64,000 bases of DNA from Chrysomallon squamiferum (GCA_012295275.1 CM022672.1:19096001-19160000); one strand, 5' to 3'; shown: positions 17,242 to 32,551, numbered from the stretch's first letter. Translations and numbers: made by a program. The notes: a model not told the origin generated them from the letters alone.

Positions 17242-17689
17242 TTTTGTATTTTGTTTATTTGTTTGTTCATTTATTGCCATTATTTTATTTAGTTATTGTT
17301 TTATTCATTCATTTTGGTTTATTTTATTTTTTTATTTTGATTTTATTTCAGAATTAATTTTTTATTTTTTATTTTATTTTATTACTGTTGAAATTATCGT
17401 TTTTGAAATGTTATTTAAATTCATCATCTGAATATGTTTTATACGCTCATCTGTGTGAAACATTTTAAAAGTTCAAGCACGTATTGCATGCAAGGCAGAG
17501 TGTTAAAGTTTCTGTCTGCCAATGATATAGTTAGTGTTTTCAGAATTTCGTGTTACTATGGTTAAGATAATTAAATTTTATATATTACGGTAATAGGGCA
17601 TTGGCGTATTAGAGAATTCAGTGTTAGTTTGTTAACATGTTAGAGAAAGGCGAGTTTAAGTGTCATGATGTTAAGGTGTTAATTTTCAG

Positions 17690-18015
17690 AGTGTGTCAGG
17701 GTCTTAGCGTTAGTGTTAGAAAGAAATGAGTTTTAGTGTGTTAGAGTGTTAGAATGTTATTGCTCTAGAGAAATGAGTGTCAGTGTTAAAAATAAGTGTT
17801 AGTATGTTAGAGTGTTAGAATGTTAGTGTTAGAGAGGTGTGAGTGTTAGTGTGTTAGCGTGTTAGAGAAAAATTGGTTTCAGTGTGTTCGAATAATCAAA
17901 GATAAATAAGCGTTAATAAGTAAGTTTTAGAGAGAAGTTATTGTTAGTGTGTTAGAGTGATAGAGAGAGGTGAGTGTTAGTGTGTTAGAAATTAATACAT
18001 GTTAGTAGTTTAGAG
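17690..18015. repeat. Degenerate (GTGTTAGA)-type short tandem repeat
   Basis: Many gtgttag / agtgttaga words in tandem. Confidence 0.75.
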
Positions 18016-18069
18016 TATGAAGCTGAGACACGTGAGTATGCTGTGGTTTTATATTTCTTCAATTATCTG

Positions 18070-18135
18070 TGGGAAACAATGGGATCTACGTATCCACAAA
18101 TATGTCGACGGTTTAAACCACTGGGCCAACGGTTT
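18070..18135 (-). mobile_element. Possible degenerate tRNA-derived SINE head
   Basis: Minus-strand TGGCCCAGTGG (18128-18118) matches a Pol III A box; downstream GTAGATCCC is only a poor B-box match. Confidence 0.25.
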
Positions 18136-19819
18136 AATTAACGGCAAATTAAGTTAAAATAATCCTAAACGCTACTCTATTACATATCGTTATTATGTAT
18201 TTTAACACATGCTGAGGTATTTTTAAATAAACATTCAGAAATTACATACAAGAAAACACTTCGCCTTACACCTGTAAATAATGCATATTCACATTGTTTT
18301 TATTTGTGATAATGATACCTTTTAACTTGTACATTATACATATTCATAATGCTTTTTTTTTTTTGTTTTTTAATTATTTAAGATAAAGACACCAGATACA
18401 TGTACATAACATTTTGTTTTTATTTATGGTCATGGCATCTGAACTTTCAGCGGTAACATTTAACCCTTAAAAGAGTCGGGCCGTGAATTTTTTAACATCT
18501 TCGACGCCATTAAATCGTATTACTTTACCTGTTCATTTGTAAAACAACACCCCCTTCCCGTCAATAAATAAAATATTAACTTTACCTGTGCTGTACTAAA
18601 TTTATAAACATCCTATCTAAAGCAGTATTATTTTTGCTTGCACAAGCGATTTGCAAGCCAATCTTTTCGAATAGTGTTGGTTTCCTTTCTTTCTTAGATC
18701 CTATATCTAGAATAATAAAGTAGTTTTTAAACTGTTCAGAAATTCCTCAAACCAAGCAATTGCCTATCTCCGTGTTGAAGCAGTTAAGTCCATAAGTGTG
18801 AGACTGGCAGAGTGATAGACTGAGTTCATATTCAGAAAATTTTATAATTTGTTACCTTTAATCCTTTGACATACATGAATCGATAAATTAAACTAAGTAC
18901 TGTCTGTTTAGAATACGTATTTAAGAACGTGGAAATTCTTGGTTGTACCCATATTTGTCTTCCTCACAGATTGCCTACACTTTTATATGCACTAAACTAA
19001 AAGTAAAGACAAATGTACAAGTGTATTAAAATTGGCCTAGTCTACAGTAACAACATATAAAAGTGTAGGAGACATTTAAAAAATGTATATTATGTAAATT
19101 AACAAAACATAAAGAGTAGGAAGCATTTAAAAGTTTGTTAATCAAGAGAAACATACTTTTGTTATAGTTTATACGTAAGCAAACAAAACGCTTCTCTCGC
19201 TGTAAGAGTAACTACAACTATGACGACATTTGCCTTGTTATGACATCATGCTGTCTTTCTGGAATATGTCACCATTATGTGTGTCTTGTGGGACATTAAG
19301 AAATACTATTAATATTTACATGTGACACTTATGTTTATCACTAGTTGTTATACTTATCATTATAACTTTGAAATAAAGACTAAATCACAATTATATTTTA
19401 CAATTATCCTGAACCTAACGTCCTGCACTCAAAACATGCTTCAGTCCATTTCACTGCACTAGTCAAAAACATGTTATTTTAGTTGTTCGTCTTGCCGTTT
19501 TAACTCTGCAACAAAAAAAGAGAATATCCTCTGTTCTCTGATTAAATATAAATACGGAACTTAACAGTACAGGCATTGGTTGGTTGTCGCAACAGCCTAT
19601 TCACTTTAAGCCTAAGACATAGATTATACAACAATTTTAAACACGTCAAAGTATGTGAAACCTATAATGGGGTAATGTAAAATAAATAAAACATATAAAA
19701 AAAAGCATTACCTTCTGGTGAAAGTAGTGTATGGTTTATTAACTTCAAGCCTTAGACATAAATTTATGACAATTTAAAACTGTTAAATGTGTCTAGAATT
19801 TAGTGGGGAACGTAAAAAT

Positions 19820-20216
19820 GCGCGGAAACATGAGCACTTACAAAGAACAAACTAGCAGCCACACAATACAAAGATGGAAACAAGTACGCGAAACATCACA
19901 ATATTAGAACCGAGCAACAAAAATCTGGGTAAGAGATTTGAAAACAAAGATCTGAACTGGACAGAAGGAAGAGTACCTGGGCGGACCACATCAGTATAAT
20001 AGGAGATCGCCATCGTGTTTCATCTTTTAGAAACCATCTAAGGAAATCACGTAGATGAAGATCAACGAGATCTGGGATCTAGGGATGTACTGGATGGGTT
20101 CTGGAAAGGAAAAATCTGATGGAGAATAGCGCTTGAGATTAACATCATAACTGTATGATGATGATCATCATCATTATCATCATCATGAAGATGATGATGG
20201 TGTTGATGATGATGAC
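19820..20216 (+). mobile_element. Decayed 5'-truncated RTE-clade LINE, 3' end with (GAT/CAT)n tail
   Basis: Frame-broken translation AET*ALTKNKLAATQ / TKMETSTRNIT / RRKSTWADHISIIGDR / DVLDGFWKGKI*WRIA resembles the RTE ORF C-terminus (GAETW..., MER.ML.I, R.KW.WAGH..R..D.RW, W.D.L...W.R.A.DR), followed by a trinucleotide tail. Confidence 0.75.
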
Positions 20217-20591
20217 ACAAACATGTGAAAAACACCTAAATCCATAAAAAAATCAAACTATTCTTTTCAAATGCGTATTCTACTTGGTAAAGTCTGCCAA
20301 AGGTTTTATGTTAGACTCCAAGTCATAATACGAAGTGATGACAATGCCTTGAACGAAAGTTTGTCAGACAGAACAATTTTTAAATATTTTTTTTTTATCT
20401 ATTCAATCTAACTATGCTTAATGCTTTATATTTCATAATACATTGGAGTGGCACTGATATGTGTGGCTCTCAGACAAAAACAAAAAACTAGTACAACAAT
20501 TTTCATCAAAATCAAGATCGGCCATCGTTTTATTATTTTCCATTTTATTGGGTTATTTTAGACCGAATAAACAATCTTTTTTTTTTCTTTC

Positions 20592-20634
<43 letters not shown>

Positions 20635-21274
20635 ATGTGTATGTGTGTGTTGTTGTTTTTTTGTTTCAATTTATATCAATTTATTAGTGTTTTCTTTTTT
20701 TCTTTTTTTTTAATTTTGTTTATTTACTAACTCATTTTTGCTTTATTTCATTGTAATTTATTTATTTACTTCTTTTTTTTTTGTTATTTATATAATTTTA
20801 TCCTATTTTGTTTTTATTTTATTTTATTTACTTACTGCTTTAATTGAATTAAATTCATATATTTGCAAATTTTATTTTATTATATTTATTTTAATTTTAT
20901 TTAATTTACGTATTATTTTGTTTATTTAATTATTTATTTTTTTTTAAGTATTTTTTTAACGCTCTTTTTGTTTTCTTTCTTCTTTTTTCTATATTGAAAG
21001 CAAATTCTGAATAACAGTATTTTCATATTAAATTTCAATTTGCACTTCAATGACAACTTTTTACTTAACACTAAATTATCACACCCTGTTAAGTGTATAT
21101 TTGTCGCCGTATTGGTAAACAGGGGGAAAAGATTAGAGAGCGGCACACTAGTCATACTGACATAATATATAAACATGGATTATTATCACAATGGGTCTTT
21201 GTGTATTTGTCAGTGAAAAAGAATATATATATATATATCACTGCTTTTGTGTCTGTTATTGATCGAGAAAACGG

Positions 21275-21278
<4 letters not shown>

Positions 21279-21337
<59 letters not shown>

Positions 21338-21345
21338 GGGAGGGG

Positions 21346-21439
<94 letters not shown>
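21279..21439. repeat. (AG)n followed by (TC)n microsatellite
   Basis: Directly visible; short caaaaa spacer. Confidence 0.95.
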
Positions 21440-21442
<3 letters not shown>

Positions 21443-23432
21443 CCAGATTTCATTACCCATTCATTGCACGGGCGACATAGTATCAAATCTATTTTGAAAT
21501 CACTAACTAAATGCTAAAAAATATAACAAAACATATATACGTACATTTGAATTCTATACAATTTTTATTTTAATTTTTTAATTTTTTCAGAAATAAAAGT
21601 CGACAACTTGAAACATAAATAAAATTATATATATTTATTTCTGTAGCACCTTCTTTCATCCATTTTGTGTATGATTTAATTTTATTATTATTATTTTTTT
21701 TTTTTTTTTTACATTCATATATATAGTACAATTTGTTAGGAATTACAGACATTTTTAAAACATGAATAACAGATTTCAAAAATTTGGTCCGTTTCTCCGT
21801 TTGTCTGTCTGTTTGTATTTTGTATGGCGAACATCTGTGTTGATTAAATCAGCTGATATAGACACGAAAAAAGTTTCACTTCACAAGAGAGAAACAAATA
21901 TTAATTATTCACAACACAATTTATAATTAAAACAGAATGTTTGCCTGTTAATTGATAACATTTCATTTAAATAAGGATATGTATGTTTCAAAAGCACATT
22001 CACAGCACGCACGCACACAGACACACACACAGACACACATACACACATACACACACACATGTATACACATACACATAAATATATATATATATGGATGTGA
22101 CTATGAATATGTACATCTATGTATGAGTGTGTATGTATATATACGTGTGTGCATACAATCCCACACATACTCATATACATCCATATTTCATATTCGTATT
22201 GAGATCCAAACATCTACACGGAGTTTTTCAATGCAGTGGTCTTCACCAGAGTCGAACAACCCAACGCTCAACACCATACAACATATTTAAATAAGAAACA
22301 TATAAAACATATTTAAATAACTGATACGAAGTGAAACAGTTCGATACTAAACATTCTGCATCCCCTTTATGTGCAGAACTAAAACAATTTTATAGCTTTA
22401 TGGTTTTCTGCAGCAGCACATAAATCATAGTTTATTTCTTCCACGACAAATTATAAATATGTAAAACGATGCTACCAGCGAATATTAAAAACATAATGGA
22501 TTTCGAAAACTCGGTTGCACGAAAACTCGAGGATTCCTCACAAGCTGTGACTTCTTCCCTGACCAATTTTTCACAGAAATAAACCACATACATTTTTTTT
22601 TTTGAGTTTCGAAATTCATGATAAAAAAAAAAAAAATATTTTTTTTAAATTTCATTCCCACTGCATTTCATTGCTATCTTTCTGAGCGCACAAACGTCAA
22701 ATACGACAAAATAAACGTAAAATGAAGACATAAAAATGCAAAAAAAAAAAAAAACGATGCGTTTTTGAAATCTTTTAAGACTTTAAGTTCCGCAGTTTTT
22801 TCACGCTCTCCATATGGGTTCCAGGAGAACAAGACGTTGGAGAAACCTGGTATGCATTTGTGAATTATGTGGATGCGCGTTCATGTGCGTGTGTGTTTAC
22901 GTACGTACGTATCTGTATATGTGTTGTTCGTATTTTAGTTCTTTGTTCCTTTATTTATTAGTATGATTATTATTATTGTTGTTGTTGTTGTTGTTGTTGT
23001 TGTGATTGTTGATGCTGCTGCTGATGGAGCTTCAATTGAAGTGTGTTTTTACTGAAAAACATTTTCATGAATCTATTATCTTTCTTGTTTGCAGTATTAT
23101 AAGAGACGGCTTACAATTAAGTTATTTGAAAATCTAATAAATATTTCATACCAAAATGTTTATGTTTTTCTCTATTAAAAGATATTTCAATCCTGCGTAT
23201 ATCTCACAGTCAAACTCGCAATTTAATGACTGATTCACAATGATTTAAAGCTCACAAATAACACACACCCACACACACCCACACACACTTATATATATAC
23301 ATAGATACACACATACATACATACATACATATATACATACGTAAATGCATACATACATACATACACATACGTACATATATTAAAGTTACATAATAAATGT
23401 TATGTTTATATTGACCATAGTCATAAAAAATA

Positions 23433-23476
<44 letters not shown>

Positions 23477-23829
23477 TAACAATAACAATAACAATAACAA
23501 TAATAATAAAAATACTACATTTTAAGCATTATAAAATAAAATAAAGTCAACCTTTTTTTTAAAAATAAATTCATGCTTCTCATGAATTGAAATCGCTTTT
23601 TCCTACTCTCCCTAAAACAGCTCCAAACTCACAAAACTTTACAAATTTTTTTTCTTTCTTTTTTTTTTTAAAAAAAGGCTTAATAATGTTTTTATATATT
23701 TGTCATAATTAAAGTGAAGTGACACTCCCCCACAAAAAAAAAAATTCTTGCTGCTTTCTTAAAAAAAAAAACACAACCCCCTTTGGAAACACATAACCCC
23801 CTTTGGAAACACTGTTGAACAGCACTGGA

Positions 23830-24327
<498 letters not shown>

Positions 24328-24392
24328 CTATAGTAAATTAAAATATACCAATATGTCTCATGCATGCAAATATATCTACATGTCTACATATA

Positions 24393-24433
<41 letters not shown>

Positions 24434-24455
24434 GCATACATATATTCATATAAAC

Positions 24456-24496
<41 letters not shown>

Positions 24497-25185
24497 TATA
24501 TATATACACACATACATACACACATACATGCAGAAAAACGGACACATATACACACAAACACATACATACATACAGTCATTCATAAATACATTCATTATTA
24601 AATACTTTTATTCAAAATAAATATTGCATACCAGTTCATGGACATACACAATTACACATACATATTTTTATATATATTATGTACATAAATATATATATAT
24701 ATATATATATATAGATCTGAAGTATATTAGTATCTTGAGATATATATAGTATCTTGATCTGACAAGAGAGACGAATGAGAACGTGGTAAAGAAGAATAAA
24801 AATTCAAAAAGAGATGGAAAAAAAAAAAAAATATATATATATAAAAAAAATAAACCTGATTAAATTTGTACGCAAAACACGACGCCATCTTCAGCCGATT
24901 GTTTATTATCTGTGCGAAATTGGAGGTATTGTGACGTAACCTGCCCTGACAAAAGCTCGCTTGCTGTGGGCGTACACTGAACTAACAGGCGCTGAAAATA
25001 ACTAACAGGCGGATTTATAGCAACCGCGCATGTTACCGTGTTACAAACTGTGAATTAATTCACAGCTACTTTACAAAACACCCTTCGTGACGAAGATCCA
25101 ATTTCATATGAATATGCTGTAAGCTATTCGCGAAATGTGTGTATGCATGCGCGTTAATAATAATCGCATGCTTTTGTTTGTCAGC

Positions 25186-25239
<54 letters not shown>

Positions 25240-26146
25240 CGTATGTTGCAATAATATGTAAATTATATGTATATCAAATTGTAAATTAATTTCTATATAT
25301 TGCACGAGTAGTTAAATTACGTTTCGTTCCAGCGATCGTATTTCATATGAATACAGATAAAACTGTTCACGAAGTAATATCTGCATCATGTAATAGCTGA
25401 ATGTTTGCATATAGATAACATGTAAATGTATGTAATAAACACATATATACATACGGACTTGTGTGTGTGTGTGTATGTATGTATATATGTATGTATATGT
25501 GCATATGTGTATAAATATATATAAATATATATATATATATACACACACACATATATGTGTGTGTCTGTGAGTATTTTCTTACACACATACAAACTCGCAA
25601 ACACACACAAACATATATATATATATATGTTTATGTGTGTATATATACTCTTACACACACACACACACATATATATATTATACAAATTATTTGTATGTAT
25701 AATGTGTGTGTGTGCGTGTGCGTGTGATTAAGCCGAGATAGCGGTGTAGAAGATCAAATAGACATATATTATTTCTGAATATGTCAACTAAACATGGTGC
25801 ACATGTTGCTGTCGTTTTGAAATATCTAACTGTTCTTGCTAGCCTATCACAGGGAAAACTGAAAATTAGTTTAATGGTTGGTCAATCGATTTCAGATTTT
25901 AAACAAGACTTTAAACAGTATTATAAAAAGTTTCATTATATACAGCAAATTGTTTAAAGACTTGATTGATTAACCATTAAATATCTTTTCAGTTTATATA
26001 TAAATATATATATATATATCCAATTTGTGTATATATTTATATTTATATATGCACACATATGCACACACATACTGCAAGTAAAAAAAAAAAACACATAAAT
26101 TTACAATAAGATAAATTCTGTATAAAATGAGCCTATATCAGATTTC

Positions 26147-26180
<34 letters not shown>

Positions 26181-26429
26181 AGGAAATAAATAAATAAATA
26201 AAAGTATAAGTAGGAAACAAATGTTAATAAAATAAAAATTATTATGAACTGTTCACACTCCAGCTTGTTGAGAAATGTTTAGCGATAATAAATGTTGTAT
26301 TCCATTAATGTTATTTAGAAATAAAGATTTGTGTGGGCGTGTAGGCGTGTATGCATGTGTATAGCGATATCCCTGAGATAGTAGAAGAAAAACTGGAAAT
26401 ATAGCTGAGTTTATACATGTGGGACAAAA

Positions 26430-26560
<131 letters not shown>

Positions 26561-27382
26561 AAAATGTATATACTGTGTTTACTTATGCTTGTTGTTTACT
26601 TATGCTAGTTGCTGTATGTATGTATGTTTGTATTTAATGTATCTCATTGTTCGTGTGTGTGTGTGTGCAGTGCATATGTAATATATATGGTTGTTTATAG
26701 TAGCTGTTTTTCTCGTGATAAATCAGTTACGTAATTAATATTTCGTACTGAATTATATTAGAGATTCTAAATTACACAGAGTAAAATTATAAATATTCAA
26801 AAAAGTGAAATGGCCAAAATATGTTTTTTTCTATGTTAGCAAAGCAAACAGTGAAATTTTTGTATGTCAAGAAAATACACATTTTTAACTATTTAATTAA
26901 ATTAAAACGATTAGCTGAAAAGATGAAAGGCATAAAAAAAAAATATATATATATATATATATATTAGTTTTATATTTCTGTGGACAGTTCAGTTTTTTTT
27001 TTTTCACGTAAACTTTTGTAAGTTTCTTTTAGACTGTTTTGTTTTCTTGCCTTTTGCCTCTTTGTTCCTTTACTACTACTACTACTACTACTTCTACTAC
27101 TTCTACTACACTACTGCTACTACTACTGTTACTACTATTACTACTATTATTGTTGCTGTTTTTATGTTTCTATTATTATAATGAGTATTACTTCTATTAA
27201 TATTAATACTGCTGCTAACTAACACTACTGCTAATACTAGTACTGTTATTATTATCATTACTGTCACCATCATTATCATTATCTGTTACTGTTAACATTT
27301 AATATCATCATCATCTTCGTTTATTTATTTATTTGTTTGTTTCTTTGCATGTTTTGTTTTGTTTTATAAGTTTGTTTGTTTC

Positions 27383-27413
<31 letters not shown>

Positions 27414-27624
27414 TTTTTGGGGTGGGATGGGCATAAGAATTATTTGCACACTCAACAGAGTAAATTTTTGTCCTTTTCATAAAGAGGCAAATTTACCCTT
27501 GAATAAGAACCTGGACGCGTTTTCTTCTCTTCAAACAAAGTATGTATTTTAGCTTTAAGTTTTGTATGCATATAACACTGTGTGTATTATAATATATCAT
27601 AATTTTAAAAAAGTATCTCTCTCA

Positions 27625-27671
<47 letters not shown>

Positions 27672-27911
27672 AAATTATTTCGTTTCAGTTTATTAAATTA
27701 TAATACTGTCATAACTAGTTATATTTTCTATGATACTGATGTTGTTGAGATGATTGATCTGTTTGTACCGTTAGTATTTATTGTCAATCCATTTATTGTC
27801 GAAATCCATTTTTAAGATGTACGCACACAATGTAAGGAAAAATAGAAATTAATAAAATACAATAAAATTTTAAACAAATATATCTATCTGATGTTAATAA
27901 CGATATTATTA

Positions 27912-27946
<35 letters not shown>

Positions 27947-29309
27947 GTTGTTGTTATTATTATTATTAAAAAATAATAATAACAATAACAACAACAATAA
28001 TAAATTTAAAGAATAGTTTAAATACACTTAAAATAAATTCATTAGTATTAGAAGGTAGTAGCTGTAGTAGCAGTAACAGTAATAATAACAGTAGTAGTAG
28101 TAGTAGTAGTAGTAATAGCAATTGTAATAACAGTAGTAATATTACTAGCAGCACTAACAGTAGTAGTTGTTGTAGAATAGTTGTAGTAGTTATAGTTAGC
28201 AGAAGAAGTAGTATGTGAACGAGAAAGTTTAAGATTTCTATTTATAAATATGAGATCATTTATTTTGTGTGTGTGTGGGTGTGTGATACAGTCAATACTA
28301 GACAGTTTGTATTTTTAAATTAATTTCTGTTTATATCATTATTTTATATTTTTTACATTAATTAAATCCTAATAATAAATAAATAAACAAACAAGTAATG
28401 ATATAAAATAAGAGGCTTGAGCAGCGTTATTTGTTTTACAGAATAAGACAATGGAAAGAAAAGCAATTGTTCAGGACTTACTCATAAAATGCATAGAAGC
28501 ATATTACTAATGTTATTAAATATATACATACAAGTGCTTACCTTACAAACATACACACTAACAAACATGCATACATTAATATACACTTGCATACAGAAAC
28601 ACACGTAACAAAGAACGTTGTATGTACAAAAATAGATTCATTGAAATAAACAGCCGAGACCTAAAGATAAGCAAATAATTAGTACATTAAGATTTTTATT
28701 GATTCTCTTAATAAAGTAATTAGTTGGACACTATTAGTATTTAAAAGAGCTTAGCACAATTACAGTAAACCATCTGTTGTTATGAGTCAGCGTGCAGAAT
28801 TTGTTTTCGTGTAAGCATTTACAATGTTTGGTAAACTATCAAAGCTAACTCCGTAACTGTGGTATGAGACCGTCTATGTTACGAAGCCGCGGATAATTAA
28901 AAAGCCGTTAGAAAAGCGCCCTCTGGACTTAAGTCTTTACATGTAGCCGTTTCTCGCGCGCACATGTACGCAGACATGCATGTGCAGTGCGTCTTACTGA
29001 AAGGCAAGTCGGCGTTTTGACAAGAATATTCGAAACGCTATTAAAAACACGTGTTGGGCGCCATTTGCAATCCGTGACGACCCCACACTGTGTGCGGCTT
29101 AGAAATGGAGCAATTGGTTAATTATCGCTTAAATCTATCTACTTATTTGATGATAATTTCTATTAACTAATTGAGTATTCTGGGTTCACTGCACATTTTT
29201 TTTTTTTTCCGAGTTCATTCAAGCACAAGTGTTTTGTTCAAGAGATAAACTAACTTTTCAAAAGAGCAATATTATATTAATACATTTATTTATTTGTTTG
29301 TTTATTCAT

Positions 29310-29640
29310 CTTCAGATGGTTTAATACTTTTAGGTGAATGGTATAAAATATATTTTTTATTAAAACCTATTCATTAATTTATCTAGTTTTGTTCATTTAT
29401 TTATTTATTTATTTATTTATTATCAGATAATTTAATACTTTTTTGATGAATATTATTAAATTTATTTATTTATTAAAACCTAATTATTCATTTTTCTAGG
29501 TTTATTTATTTATTGGACAGTTTTTTTTTTTTTTTTTTTTTTTTTATCAGATAGTTTAATATTTTTTTTATGAATATTATTAAATTTATTTATTTATTAA
29601 AACCTAATTATTCACTTTTTCTAGGTTTATTTATTTATTT
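29310..29640. repeat. Imperfect about 110-125-bp tandem triplication
   Basis: tcagat..tttaata..tttt..tgaat..ttattaaaaccta..ttattca..tctag repeated three times. Confidence 0.75.
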
Positions 29641-29945
29641 ACTGAACCGTTTAGTGCTGTTTTACTATTTGCAGAGTAATCTAATACGTTTTATTAATCA
29701 ATAAATGAAAAATGTTCTGGTTATAATCGCCGACAGAATTTGCCGGCGAGGACACTTGCACTAAGAGAACGGCGAAATCATTAAAAGTTTCAATCAAATA
29801 AACAACAGAGAATGGAAAAAAATATATATATTATTATTTTGCTTTCAAAAATCGACGTCTGCTCTACATTTGTCTTACGCCCTCTTTTCAATTTACCTTG
29901 ATTGTACCAACCCCTCCCCTTGCACGCAAAATACCTAATCTTTCT

Positions 29946-30032
<87 letters not shown>

Positions 30033-30662
30033 TTAAAATACAAAATCCTTTCGCTATTACGGTTCTATTCTCCGCAAAGAACTAAGCTCACATCCCCTAG
30101 CAGCTAATTTATATGATAAACACTACAGGCCATAAATTCAAACATAAATATGCTGCGGAACAGATAAATTATGGCTAAAGTGGATGTCAATGCGGCGCCC
30201 GGCATCTGTAGACGTCTTTTCCCTTCTTAATACGCCAACCAAAATTACACAATGTAGCTGTAGAAAAAGAAGAGATTTCAAAAAAAAAAAAAAATTTAAA
30301 AAATTAAAAAAAAAAAAAAAATCTTGTTAAAATAACTACATAAACTAAAGTTTTGAAAAAAAAAAAAAAAAAGTTTTATGAACCACGGTTTTTTTCGAAT
30401 TCGGCTGAATCTATTTGATATCGTTGATTATTATTATTTTTTTTTTTTTTTTTTTATTTTTTTCATTTTTTCAAACCGCTGTTGAAGTCGATGTTTGAAA
30501 CGGCGAAAATGTGCGAAGTCAAACGTTCAAGACGATTACAGGCTGCCTAAACCCTCCCCCATACATTCACACACACACACACACCCCACCCCCACCGCTC
30601 AACCCACCCCACCCAAACCTCCGCGAATTCTACCACTTTAATGTATTATTTACATGTACGCC

Positions 30663-30711
<49 letters not shown>

Positions 30712-30800
30712 AGATTACAGTTTATTTTCAAAAAGATAATTTAGTGTCACGTTTCCTTCGTGTGTATTCCGTTGTTGAGTAACAGTAGGTGTAAAGAGAT

Positions 30801-30832
<32 letters not shown>

Positions 30833-31279
30833 AAAAAGAAAATGACGAGATTGTTATTAAAATATTCATAAGGGAAGAAACATAATTTAAATCTGATACC
30901 TTAAACACCATAATTAAATCATATTCGAAAGTGTTATTAAAAAGAGAAAGAAAAAAAGAAAAAAAAAAATAAATAAATAAACAGGCAACAAAATTCTGCA
31001 AGGAAAAGCGAGAATTGTTTTGTAAATGTGTTTTTTTTTTTTTTTTATTTAATTTATTTATTTATTTTTATTATTTTTATTTTAATCGCAAACTCTCTCT
31101 ATCTCTCTGTGATTGTGTGTATACGTATACTCAGTACACACGAATATTACGTATACAGGGGTATAAAAGAAATCTTTTCTTTTTCATTTTTCACTTTCTG
31201 GTCACACTTTTAAATATAAATTCTCCTTTATTATATGTAATAAACCTTTAATATGCTAATATTCAAATTTGCTTACATA

Positions 31280-31389
<110 letters not shown>

Positions 31390-31412
31390 CACACACACAC
31401 ATATATATATAT

Positions 31413-31448
<36 letters not shown>

Positions 31449-31467
31449 GTACTGTATGTGTCTGTAT

Positions 31468-31512
<45 letters not shown>

Positions 31513-32288
31513 CAGGAAATAGCTCATTTACAAGTAATAATAATCGGTCCAATTAGTAGAATTCAAGAAATATTTGTCTGTCAGGATCCAAACAACAGGA
31601 GATTCCTCCTGCTACAGAGTTTACCATTTTCCTGACATTTGAAAACAGACCGGGGCAGTTTGTCTTGCGTTCACCTGTTTTGCCACACGTACAAAAACTT
31701 TGCACAGTTGACTGTTTTATTGTAGTAAATTAGCAGTTTGTGTATTTTAGTAAATTATCCAGCATTCTTTGCCCCGCGCGCATGTCACTTCTGCCTAGAA
31801 ACGACTGGAAGGATTTTCATGCATTTCTGTTAGACAAATTTTAAATAAATTGCCTGTAGGAATGTACAAGTGATGCTATCAGAACTAGAATTCTTTTTTT
31901 TTTTTTTTTTTTTTTTTTTCTTAAATAAATAAATAAATAAAAATCAGTAATAGCATCGCTCAAAAGACAATAAAATAAAATATTAATAATGGTAACAATA
32001 ACTATAATACTGTTGACGATATCGATAATAATAATGTATTAATGTATTTCATAGGTTGGAATAATATTTCTTTGTTTTTTCATGCATTGTTACCCCCCCA
32101 AAAATGACTAATTATGTTTGATATAATGTTTTATTTTCCATTATCATTTTATTTTATATGTTTGTTTGTTTATTGATTAATTTAATGTTTTATTTACCAA
32201 TATTTATTTATTTATTTATTTACTTACTATTATTATTTTATTATTATTATTATTATTACTATTATTATTATTATTATTGTTATTGTTA

Positions 32289-32326
<38 letters not shown>

Positions 32327-32425
32327 GTTATTATTATGATTATTTGTACATTAATAGTTTTCCCTATGACAAAAACATGAGATACAATCTATTAATTTAC
32401 TTATATAAATAATAAATACTTTTTT

Positions 32426-32463
<38 letters not shown>

Positions 32464-32494
32464 TAATAAAATATTAAGCATTAAGAAACATCAT

Positions 32495-32551
<57 letters not shown>

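Noticed and set aside
17690-18015. Interstitial telomeric repeat
   Set aside because: Units are GTGTTAGA-like, not TTAGGG or TTAGG.
18459-18470. Complete piggyBac-like element starting TTAACCCTT
   Set aside because: No matching AAGGGTTAA right end found nearby.
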